Shown here: one piece after another, positions 11,241-21,471 of the stretch
How the letters are laid out: every line of letters starts with the position of its first letter
How positions within the stretch are numbered: the first letter of the stretch is position 1
Position numbers and translations under genes: made by a program
Assembly (NCBI RefSeq): GCF_036365525.1
Contig: NC_090421.1
Location: forward strand, 7,320,725-7,384,724
Direction: 5' to 3'
Source of the DNA: Heterodontus francisci
Taxonomy: Eukaryota
DNA length: 64,000 bases
Notes under the pieces: model-generated
Database searches by the model: none
The model's input: only the letters and a program-made list of their open reading frames with translations
What the model was told of the DNA's origin: nothing

Positions 11241-11331
11241 TAGAGAAGTAAAGATGGAGACTGATGGAAGGAAAACAAGCGAAGATTGAGATGAGATCCA
11301 TAGATGGCTCACACTGACAATGCGCCATTGA

Positions 11332-11675
11332 TTAGAGATACAGCACTGAAACAGGCCCTTCGGCCCACCGAGTCTGTGCCGAACATCAACCACCCATTTA
11401 TACTAATCCTGTATTTAATCCCATATTCCTACCAAACATCCCCACCTGTCCCTATATTTCCCTACCACCGACCTAGACTAGGGGCAATTTATAATGGCCA
11501 ATTTACCTACCAACCTGCAAGTCTTTGGCATGTGGGAGGAAACCGGAGCACCCGGAGGAAACTCACGCAGACACAGGGAGAACTTGCAAACTCCACACAG
11601 GCAGTACCCGGAATCGAACCCGGGTCCCTGGAGCTGTGAGGCTGCGGTGCTAACCACTGCGCCACTGTGCCGCCC
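11332..11675 (-). mobile_element. HE1-type V-SINE, full length
   Basis: Reverse complement of 34810-35160; tRNA head, V domain, CR1-derived tail. Confidence 0.95.
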
Positions 11676-11719
11676 AATGTGGTACAGAGACACGGAAGTC
11701 ATACACGCCCCAGTTTAAA

Positions 11720-12025
11720 CCTAGTCTGGACTGTTAGTTCATCTCAGACAGCACTGCCGGAGGGAGAACATCATCTGTGCCCCCTGGTCTAGACAGGGGA
11801 AATAAACCAGCCAGGGTTCCTGAACCTGGACACTATGCAATGCCTTATTCTGGAAGGTGCATGTGTGTAGGTGTTGGGTGAGGGGGGGATTAGGCTCGTC
11901 TGTGAAGACCCTCCCTCCATCCCTCTCCCCCGTCATTGAAACAGCCATCTGACCCTCACCGTCTAGGCCTACTCACAAAGACCAGTCACTTGGCTGTGGA
12001 CAGTCAGCACGGAACCGCATGCCAG
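11720..12025 (+). mobile_element. AmnSINE2-like SINE
   Basis: CAGCCAGGGTTCCTG...GGGTGAGGGGGGATTAGGCTCG...CTCACCGTCTAGGC. Confidence 0.6.
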
Positions 12026-12039
12026 CACATTTATTTGTT

Positions 12040-12580
12040 GATAAACTTTGGCACATCCAAAACTTTGCTGCCTGTATCTGAACCTGCACCAAATCCCATT
12101 CACCCATCAACCACCCCCTTTCCCCCATCCCACCCACCCTGTGCTCACTGACCTGCATTGGCTCCTGGTCCGACAATGCCTCAATTTAAAATTCTCATCC
12201 TTGTTTTCCAATCCCTCCATGGCCTCACCTCTCCCTATCTCTGTCATCTCCTCCGCCTCTACAATTCTCTGAGATCTCTGTACTCCTCCAATTCTCGCCA
12301 CGTGAGCATCCCCGATTTCCATCACTCCACCATTGGTGGCCGTGTCTTCAGTTGCCTGGGCCCTAAACTCTGGAATTTCCTCCCTAAACCTCTCCACCTC
12401 TATCTCTCTTTCCTCCTTGAAGACTCTCCTTAAAACCTACTTCTTTGACCAAGCTTTTGGCCACCTGACCTAATATCTCCTTATGTGTCTCTACATCAAA
12501 TGTTTTTTGACAATTACTCCAGTGAAGCGTCTGGGGACGGTTTACTACATTAAAGGCACTATATAAATCTGAGCTGTTTT
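12040..12580 (+). mobile_element. L2 LINE 3' end
   Basis: PVLTDLHWL, FKILILVFQSLHGLTSPYL and GRVFSCLGPKLWN frames; tail AAAGGCACTATATAAAT. Confidence 0.92.
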
Positions 12581-13223
12581 TGTCGATCATTTAAGTCGGT
12601 TCTTTCAAAGGAAGAGGGTTAAAACCATCACAATAAAAGAGAGAGAGACTAACAAATAAAAGATGGTGAAGAACAAGAGAGAAGGGGGAGGGAAAATGGA
12701 GAGAAACAGGATGCACTCATGATTAATGTTCATTGAAAAACTGATTGGAAGAGAGAGGAAAAGGAGACAAGCAAGAGCTTCCTTCCCTCTTGTGAAATGA
12801 ATGGCTTAACTTCTTGAGCAAATGGAAGCTGCATTGGACACAAAGTCCCTTCCATTTCCTCCCAGCCTCACTGCTTTCTGCTGATTTTGGCATTACCGCT
12901 TGAAAATTCCAATTGTCTCTCAAGGGATCATTTCTTTTGTGAAGTTTTCAACGCTAGCTGTAAGTGCCAATTTCCATTTTTTTGTAAGCATCAGAGCATT
13001 TGAACTTGAGGACATTTGACTTTCTAATAAAAATACAGGGCTCACTTCCCTCACTTGTGTGAATGCAAGATTCATTAGCAGGCTGGAAGCTGAAAGCCCT
13101 TTCCGTTACAAATTTTCAAGACAAAAATGCTCAATCTTTGTCATATTTAAGTCATTAGATGATATTTTTAATTTAAATGAAGTAATTTTGCAGACAACTT
13201 AAATAGGTGCAATATTTTGTTAT

Positions 13224-14404
13224 TGTCAAGAAAATATGCCATACCAAAAGAGGATTTTTAATTCATCGGTTGGAAACCTACATTAAACTTTTAAAAAGGA
13301 GCTGGGGTCCTACATTTAAAAAGCTGGCAGCCAAATGGCCACCACAATTTGCATTGAAATACCTCACATTCCAGGACATCAAATCGGAGACGCATGTTTA
13401 ACGAGGTTGCATCCAGGTCAATGCCTCATGAATTTGGCATCAGCGAACAGCTTCACTTATAATGGCAAAACATTCAAAGCCATTTTGGAACATTAACAGG
13501 AATGAACATTGAAACAATGAGACTCGAGAGAGATTGAAAATATCTAGACTTACCATCGAATTAAATTGCAAACAAGGCCACTGGACAATCATGTGACCGC
13601 CTCCCCAGCTGTGGAAAAACTTGCAGTCTTTTGCAAAAGGACAAGCTCCTGAGACTTTGAGGCAGACGAGCTTTGAGTGCGAACCAGACAAGACTCCAGT
13701 GGGGCTGTGTGTGTGTGTCTCTCTCTAGATAACATCACAAGTTTGAAATCTGTCTGTGACTGTGGAACATCTAGGTCTACCATTGCTACAGACAGAGACC
13801 CCGGGGAAGAAAGCCACCTGTTTCCAAGAAAAACCCAAACCAGGTGGACCAGCTGTAAAGTACTTCCACTAGCCAGAAACTTCAAGGTCACAACTTCAGC
13901 TGGAAGGCAACGGAATTACCTGACCCCACTGACTGTACATTAATTTTACTTGTNNNNNNNNNNNNNNNNNNNNNNNNNNNNNNNNNNNNNNNNNNNNNNN
14001 NNNNNNNNNNNNNNNNNNNNNNNNNNNNNNNNNNNNNNNNNNNNNNNNNNNNNNNNNNNNNNNNNNNNNNNNNNNNNNNNNNNNNNNNNNNNNNNNNNNN
14101 NNNNNNNNNNNNNNNNNNNNNNNNNNNNNNNNNNNNNNNNNNNATTATTTTAGCATAGTTTTATTATTTTATCTGGATCGGGTTTAGATATTTTTAAAGT
14201 ACAATAAACTAACCTCTTTCTTGTTTAAACTCGATAAAACCTGTCCAATTGGTTTTTTTATGATCACAATAAAGGTAAAAGGTTAAACACTCACTGAGGT
14301 GGTAAGCACATCCACTGTTTTAAAAAGGAATAAACACTGTTGCGGTCAAACTAGGACAAGGACGAGAGGGGAGCCTTGTGACCCCTCCTCACCTGATCGT
14401 AACA
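13224..14404 (+). mobile_element. Solo LTR spanning a gap, 5-bp TSD
   Basis: GTTAT|TGTCAAG...CGTAACA|GTTAT (13219-13223 and 14405-14409); several AATAAA near the 3' end. Confidence 0.8.
13954..14143. other. Assembly gap (190 N)
   Basis: N run. Confidence 1.
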
Positions 14405-14817
14405 GTTATCCTTTTCAGATCAGGATCGTGCTAAAAGGAAGTGAGTGACAGTTGTTCAGTGCAGTTTACTGACCCTTTTCCATTGCGTAAGTTCAGGCAG
14501 GCTGTGCTTTGTAGTGTCTTTCAGTTCACTTAGCTGACCAGTCCACTCACTGACCATGAGGCCTCTCTTGTCCTTCTGCATGCCATTCCATTTCACAAAT
14601 CTTCAGGGGGAGGCAAGTGAAAGACAAGCACGCCTACCCAGTGGAAAGATTTACAGTCAATTGAATTTGTTCCTGTCTTTGTTAATGTTTGATTCACAAA
14701 TATGACTGGAGAGTCCCAGCGATCTTGGGCGCAGCAGGAAGCCTTTCCCAGTGCTCGCTCCAAGATTGGAGTGAATCTATTCCAATCCTATGTCCCTGCT
14801 TTTTCCTCATACCTATG

Positions 14818-14926
14818 TTTCCAACATTATAACAGCGACTATACTTCAAAAGTACTTCACTGGTTGTAAAGCGCTTTGAGATGTCTGGTGGTTGTGAAAG
14901 GTGCTATATAAATGCAGGTCTTTCTT
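14818..14926 (+). mobile_element. Deu-SINE 3' fragment
   Basis: CTTCAAAAGTACTTCAC...AAGGTGCTATATAAATGCAG. Confidence 0.85.
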
Positions 14927-14989
14927 CCAATCCTTAGAAAATCTGAACAATGTTGCTGATTTATTTATCATGGGTTTGAAGGAGACGGA

Positions 14990-15270
14990 CCAGCTCCACT
15001 GGCACCTCCTGATACCTCATCCAAGTGGTCATTCCTCATGTGTGGGCCTTGACAGCGATTGTTGGTTAATTATCTTGGCTACAAGTCATGTCAGAGCTGA
15101 GCCAAATCCTCCTCTTCTCACAACAGTGAAGTCAGGAGCAGGAGCCCTGGCTGATTTTCTTCCTCTCCCATCCAGGGTCCGGATGTCCATTTTAGTAACC
15201 CTTCTACTGCCATAATGTCAGCTGACTGTGCAATCTAAACCTGAAGTTATTTGCAGTCGACCCGCTAAAT
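14990..15270 (-). mobile_element. AmnSINE2-like SINE
   Basis: CCAAGTGGTCATTCCTCATGTGTG...AGGAGCAGGAGCCCTGGCTGATTTT. Confidence 0.6.
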
Positions 15271-15379
15271 CACTGAAGGAGTTCAAATTGCTGATTTTTA
15301 ATGAACCCAAGCAGCATTCCAGCTGTAATCTCTCTCCCGCCTACAGGCGAACCACACTGTCCCTACACAGCTAAAGATT

Positions 15380-15490
15380 ACTCAGCACTGCACTGATGTG
15401 CAAGTCTTGTACGCGAGACTTGAGTGGGACTTAAACCCACAATCTTCTGACTCAGAGATGAGTGTTATCAACTGAGCCACAGCTGACACC
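15380..15490 (-). mobile_element. Deu-SINE 5' head fragment
   Basis: GTGGGACTTAAACCCACAATCTTCTGACTCAGAG...CTGAGCCACAGCTGACAC. Confidence 0.75.
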
Positions 15491-15959
15491 TACAAATGAT
15501 AGGAAACAAAAAAAAGATGAGAGTGAAGGTGGGCCTTTTCCTTATCCTGAATCCTGCCCTCGTTATTACTGACTCAAAGGCTTTTATTTATGTGGTTATG
15601 ATTATTAAGTCCAGTTATTATTAGCAGTAATTCTCTTTGCTTTGAATTGAGATTTTCAGTGTTTAATCTCCTATGTACAGATCATGTGTTCACGATACCA
15701 TTAACCCTGGTAGCCATCTCCCTCCTGTCGCACATGGTTTTTGGTCCAGTTTCCTCTGCCTGTTGTCAGCTGCTTAAATTGCCTGAGATCGGGTTGTGCG
15801 AAGTTTGAAAAACATATGTTTTGAATTTAATCTTTTCCTGCCTTCGGCCTTCAAATCTCTTTTAACCCATTCAGCCAGCCATTGAGAATCATCAGCTGGC
15901 CTTCAGTCTTACAAAGGCAGAGGTGCGAACCCACGTGTGAAAGCATGCCAGTCCCCATC

Positions 15960-16230
15960 GTCAGACTGTGCCCTGTTAGGCAAGGGCAGTTGCGGTGGCA
16001 TGATTGGCCTCAAATCCCTGGGTCGGGGAGGGACAAATCAGTCAGGATTCCCACTGCTGATTGTCATCCAGCGATTCCTGCTGGAAGGACACATGCGCGA
16101 ACACCAACTGTGGACAGAATCAGATGCGCTGCCTCGGGCAGTCGAAGTGCCTGCGCTGGGTTCACCCGTGAATAATGGCCACTTGAATGAGTCACTGGAG
16201 GGTGACCAACCATGCCACCTGACCCCAGCA
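15960..16230 (+). mobile_element. AmnSINE2-like SINE (further 3' fragment at ~16555-16700)
   Basis: ATTGGCCTCA...CCTGCTGGAAG...AATGGCCACTTG. Confidence 0.55.
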
Positions 16231-16239
16231 AGCAGTCAA

Positions 16240-16495
16240 CACCACAATGACAACAAATTGCATTTATATAGCGCCTTTAAAGTAGTAAAACATCCCATGG
16301 GCACTTCACAGGAACGTTATCAAACAAAATTTGACACCGAGCCACAGAAGGCGATATTAGGACAGGTGACCAAAAGCTTGGTCCAAGAGCTAGGTTTTAA
16401 GGTGTGTCTTGAAGGAGGAGAGAGAGGTAGAGAGGTTTAGGGCGGGAATTCCAGAGTTTAGGGCCCAGGCAGCTGAAGGCACAGCCACCAATGAG
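16240..16495 (-). mobile_element. L2 LINE 3' end
   Basis: TTGCATTTATATAGCGCCTTT...AAAAGCTTGGTC...GAATTCCAGAG. Confidence 0.9.
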
Positions 16496-16928
16496 CAGAG
16501 AGGGGAGAGAAATAAATACATTTCAGGATCTTCCAATCGTTAGCCAATGAGCTCGAATGGAAAGTGTGTGGACACTGGCTCAGGAGAGCAGTGGACTTGG
16601 CTGTTAGACCCGCCACTGGCATCCAGACTCATAGGCAAAGAATGGCCACTTGGGCAAAGTGACAAAGGACCACCAGAGCCCACAGGCCTGTATTGCAGAA
16701 TGAGTCCATGCACCTCTGCAAAAGAGGAGAGAAAATTGGAAGGGGGAGAAAAGAGATTGAACGTCCGACCAAGTTTGAGGCTGTTCTCCCAAGATCCATG
16801 TCCAATAATTTCTGTGGAGCAAAAACAATGGAACATGCAGATTAGAAAATCAATAGTGAAGGACACAACAACACACCATGAGACAATGAATTCCCCACTG
16901 GATCACAATCAGCCTCCTGAGAATTGGA

Positions 16929-17528
16929 CACCAAAATAAAAGCAAAATACTGCAGATGCTGGAAATCTGAAATATCTCTGTCCTGGGATTGCTGCAGTGT
17001 TCCAGTGAATATCAACGCAAACTCAAGGAACAGCATCTCATTTACCAATTAGGCACACTACAGCCTGCCGGACTGAACATTGAGTTCAATAATTTCAGAG
17101 CATGACGGGCCCCCCTTTTTTATTTTTATTTTTAGTTCTTTTTTCGTTTTTACGTGTTTATTTTATTTTAGTTTGTTTAGTTTGTTTCTACTGTGCCTAC
17201 CCACTGCTTTTTTCATGTTTGTTCTTGGGGCCAGGGCTGTTCAGTTTTCTGTCAATTAACACCCTCTCTGCACTAACGCTTTGTCTTTCACCACACCATT
17301 AACATACCATTTGCCTTTGTTCCATGACCTTCTGGTCAGTTATTCTCTGTGACCTTGTCCTATCAACACCTTCTCTTGTGTTATCTCTTGCCCTACCCCC
17401 GCTTTACTTGCTTAAAACCTATTACATTTCTGGCTCTGCCAGTTCTGATGACCTGAAACGTTAACTCTGTTTCTCTCTCCACAGATGCTGCCTGACCTGC
17501 TGAGTATTTCCAGCATTTCTGTTTTTAT
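16929..17528 (+). mobile_element. Penelope-like element 3' end with short inverted terminal piece
   Basis: 16974-17105 reads ISVLGLLQCSSEYQRKLKEQHLIYQLGTLQPAGLNIEFNNFRA* (GIY-YIG C-terminus); 14-bp direct repeat TCCTGAGAATTGGA at 16915-16928 and 17529-17542. Confidence 0.93.
17441..17466 (+). ncRNA. Hammerhead motif with canonical core but no helix II
   Basis: AGTT-CTGATGA-CCT-GAAA-CGTT-AACT. Confidence 0.5.
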
Positions 17529-19276
17529 TCCTGAGAATTGGAGTTGAGCAACTGAATGGGCTTCCACTGTCACAATATGGGCCTAATAATGATTCCAGCC
17601 AATTGGCGGCGGTGTTTACATACATTCGAGGAGGCCATCAGAATATGCATTGCCCGTTTGATGTGTTTTGCATTCTGTGGATATAATGGTCTGACTCACA
17701 AGACACCCCGAGCCTTTCTATGAGGAATATCCATTCATTCCGCCTACTTAGAAATAAATTATTTTCTTGAGCTCTTCGTTTTGCTGGGGGGGATCAAACG
17801 GGTGAAGAGTAGCGAAATATTTCTACTGCTAAATCAAATGATTTGGTTCAGTAAGCTCTGCCTTTTTCACTTTGCAAGTCCCTGGACTGTACCCATGATT
17901 GAATCACTGAGTGTAATCACACTCATAGCAGAGGGCGAGTCAACAAAAGCTCTGATCAAACAATGGCTCACTGCGTAACATCCCATTTACATCGGACATG
18001 ATTTTATTAGAACTTCAAACAAGATTTTCCGGCCTATTGAGTCCTGTTAGATTCCATTCATTGAGCCCTTTCGTAAAAGGCCTTTCTGATCTCAGGGAAA
18101 ATATGTCGCTGAGTTCCCAGCTGCGATGTAGTAAGCAGAGAAGGTCTGAAGTAAACAGCAGTCTCAGTCCGACAGCATTGCTGCTGTTGCCCCCAAGTGC
18201 AAGGTATTTGACTGAGCACGAGTCTTGGCTGACAGTCGCCTAAGAGGCTTCAGGGCTGTCGGCTACATTGCTTAGACAGCTTGATGGTAACAGAACACCA
18301 GCAATGACTGAACAATGGTTTTCATTATTGCGGACTTACGACCAAAAAACAAATCAAGATTGAGCTTCATGTGATCAACAATGAAGCCTGTCGTGCCAGG
18401 CTCCATCGACAAACAGCTCTCCCTCCACATTAACACTCACTCACCCAATGATTACCTGTCATCCAGGCCACACGTCATCTCATCTCAACTCTCATCGCAT
18501 GCTACTCAGCAGCGCTTGCATTATTCAAAACATTTGTCCCAATAGGGACGTCATGAACCCATCATGCTGCCCCCTCGTGCTCACTGACCTACGTTGGCTC
18601 CCTTTGCCCCCATCGCACTGCATTGGGCCTTTCCAGTGGAGTGCTGCAGTAGGATCGCCCACTCCCCAGTCAGTTCATTTCAATAACAGAAGACACCAGC
18701 ATATATTTTCATTCAAATAACTCGTTATTGAAAAAAGAAGCTACAACTCCTTGCTAATGATTCTTCTGCTCCCTCCTCTCTTACAGACACCGACACGTGC
18801 TGGGGTCACCCATTGCACAGCAGCTGGCAGTGCCTCGCCCAAGCGGCCATTCTTCCCCTGTGAACGCAGGTTGGCTATTCGGCCATGGGAGGCCATGCAG
18901 CCAAGTCTGATGCAGCCCTGGCCTGTTATCCATCTGCAATGCAGCACAGGAGACTGGATAGTGATTTAGGAGCTGGCACCCTGGACCTCCCTCCTGTGCC
19001 TGATTCAGCTACTCAGTGGCTCAGCTGACTGAGCCATCAGAACTAGGGCACCTTACATGGGTTGTTAGTGGGGTTGTTGGGGGTGCAGTGCCAACCAAAT
19101 GGGAGACATTTTGTCCCTAGGTGGGGGAAATCAGACAGTGAGCTGTGCCTGTATTATGATCAATGGAAACAATGGGCTGGAAAGGACCATCTGACCCATC
19201 AAGCCTGTCCCATACGGTCATGTCACAATTAACCACATAACCTTCATGCTCCCACCCAACAATCACCATTTAACCC

Positions 19277-19430
19277 AGAAGCAAAAAAACTGCAGATGCT
19301 GGAAATCTGAAGAAAAAGACCGCATCTACGGAGAGAGGATCAAAATTAACGTTTCAGATTGATGACCAGTTTGCAGGCAGTTCCGATAAAAGGTCATCGA
19401 CCTGAAACGTTAATTCTGTTTCTCTGTCCA
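19277..19430. mobile_element. Miniature palindromic Penelope pLTR remnant
   Basis: CAGATGCTGGAAATCTGAA...AATTAACGTTTCAG (minus arm) and AGTTCCGATAAAAGGTCATCGACCTGAAACGTTAATT (plus arm, 19379-19415). Confidence 0.8.
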
Positions 19431-19628
19431 AGCTGGAAGGCCTCTGATTGGCCCTCCAGCTTTGAGAGCCTGCCCGCTGTCCTTATTTGGACGGTAAGCC
19501 TGCCCTCTGGCCACCAATTGGTTGCTCCAGGCTAAAATCACATTGAGTGACTGTTTCCCACACAGTGTGGGTTTTGACCCCCATTTGAGCCTGATGGCTG
19601 GGTTCAGAACCTCAGCCAGGAATTTGTC
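19428..19628 (-). mobile_element. Harbinger-like MITE fragment
   Basis: Reverse-complement homolog of 45082-45285. Confidence 0.75.
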
Positions 19629-19683
19629 CAGCTCCCTCTAGAACAGCAGCTGTGGCAGAAGCAGAGGATGGAGAGCAGGTTAC

Positions 19684-19746
19684 CTCTCTGCCCACTGGAG
19701 CGGACACTGCATGGCATGGGAGAACCCAGGGCAATATTGCCCTTGG
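19684..19746 (-). other. Candidate 63-nt internal exon
   Basis: CTCCTTTTTATTTCTCAAG| acceptor, GAG|GTAACC donor, length divisible by 3, all three frames open. Confidence 0.25.
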
Positions 19747-19851
19747 CTTGAGAAATAAAAAGGAGCAAATACTGTTTTTCTTTGTGATCCACCGATGACA
19801 TGTCAAAAACATGCAGCTTTGAAGCACGTGATTCACCTTGTACAAAGAAGG

Positions 19852-20265
19852 AAGGACAGACTTGCATTTATATAGCACCCTTTCACAACCTCAAGACAGC
19901 CAAAGCGCTTCACAGCCAATGAAGTACTTTTGAAGTGTAGTCACTGTCATAATGTAAGAAACACAGCAGCCAATTTATGCACAGCAAGCTCCCACAAACA
20001 GTAGTGTGATAATGATCAGATTATCTGTTTGAGTGATGTTGATTGAGGGCTAAATATTGGCCAGGACACCAGGGGGACCTCCCCTGCTCTTCTTCAAAAT
20101 AGTGCCATGGGAATTGTTACATTCATTTGCGATGACAGGCAGGGCCTCGGTTTCAGGTGACATCCAAAATGCAAGACGTCTGACAGCAGGGCACTCCCTC
20201 AGCACTGTACTGGAGTGTCAGCTGGGATTACATATATAAGTCTCTGCAGGGGGACTTGAACCCAG

Positions 20266-20296
<31 letters not shown>

Positions 20297-20315
20297 AACA
20301 GAACCTCAGCTGGCA
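19852..20315 (-). mobile_element. Deu-domain SINE, near full length
   Basis: Runs from tail GACTTGCATTTATATAGCAC to head GGACTTGAACCCAGAACCTTCTGACTCAGAGG. Confidence 0.93.
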
Positions 20316-20879
20316 TCGTAGGCAGGCACTGTTGTCCCCTGGAGATTTTTTGATCACCTCAGGGTGGTTGAGGAAGAATCTTCCACATTTATTTCCCCAA
20401 TTGGCCCTGGGATTTTATCTGTTTTTGTGCCTCTCCCAGGAGATTCCATGGCTCTGGGTAGGGTGGACACTCGGGTGAGATCCTTGCAAGCTGCCTATGG
20501 AACTGTACACCAGCGAGTGTCAACGTGTTGACGAGAAGGATCAAGACAAAACCAGGAGCAAAGGACAACCTCCTAATGCTGAGCATTATAGTATTCTAAA
20601 CTCAGTCTTTGAAACCCCTGAACAGCCCTTCATTTTTGTTACCCACTAAAAATAACAATTAAAAGAAACATTTTGTCCTCTGTGTTCTTACAAGCTATCA
20701 CTGTTTGAAGAATTGCTGTTAAGGTTACAGAACAAGACTATGTCACTTGGCTACTTTCTGATGCAGTGAACTGAACAAGCTGTGTTTGAGGCCTTATCCT
20801 GGATTCACTTGTCACTGTGTTGACGCAGAATGTGAAACCACTGTTAAGAAAACCAGGCTCCTTCAAACTCTGTAAACCT

Positions 20880-21365
20880 GAGGTAATGTAAAACTCCGCT
20901 GCCCTTATTCTAACTCACAAGAAGTCCTGTTCACCCATCACCCTCTGTGCTCGCTAATCTACATTGGTTCCGGATCCAGCAATGACTCAATTTTAAAATT
21001 CTGATCCTTGTTTGCAAATCCCTCCCATTGCCTCGCCCTCCTCCGATCTCTGTAACCTCCTCCAGCCCCACAACCCTCTGAGATATCTCCAATTCGGGTC
21101 TTTTGCGCATCCCCCGATTTTAATCGCTCCGCCATTGGTGGCCGGGCCTTCAGCTGTCTGGGCCCTAAGCTCTGGAATTCCCTTCAGAAACCTCTTCGCC
21201 TCTCTCTCCTCCTTTAAGACGCACCTTTGACCCAGCTTTTAGCCACTTGCCCTCATATCTCCTTATGTGGCTTGTTGTCAAATTTATTTGTTAACGTTCC
21301 TGTGACTTGCTCATGGGATGTTTACTACATTAAAGACACTATATGAATACAAGTTGTTGTTGCTG
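20880..21365 (+). mobile_element. L2 LINE 3' end
   Basis: AAAACTCCGCTGCCC...TTCACCCATCACCC...AAGTTGTTGTTG tail. Confidence 0.9.
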
Positions 21366-21471
21366 TTTTCAAAACCAGGGCTCCCCTCGGGATTGTTGGA
21401 TTGGACTAGAGGAACCTAACGAAAAGGAAAAATAAGCCGGGCATGCTGTTCGAATCTGCAGTTACCTTCCT

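Noticed and set aside
13554-13608. Minus-strand exon-like segment (TTTTTCCACAG|...ATG|GTAAGT; WGGGHMIVQWPCLQFNSM)
   Set aside because: Lies inside the TSD-bounded solo LTR with no homology recognised; exonisation cannot be judged without RNA data
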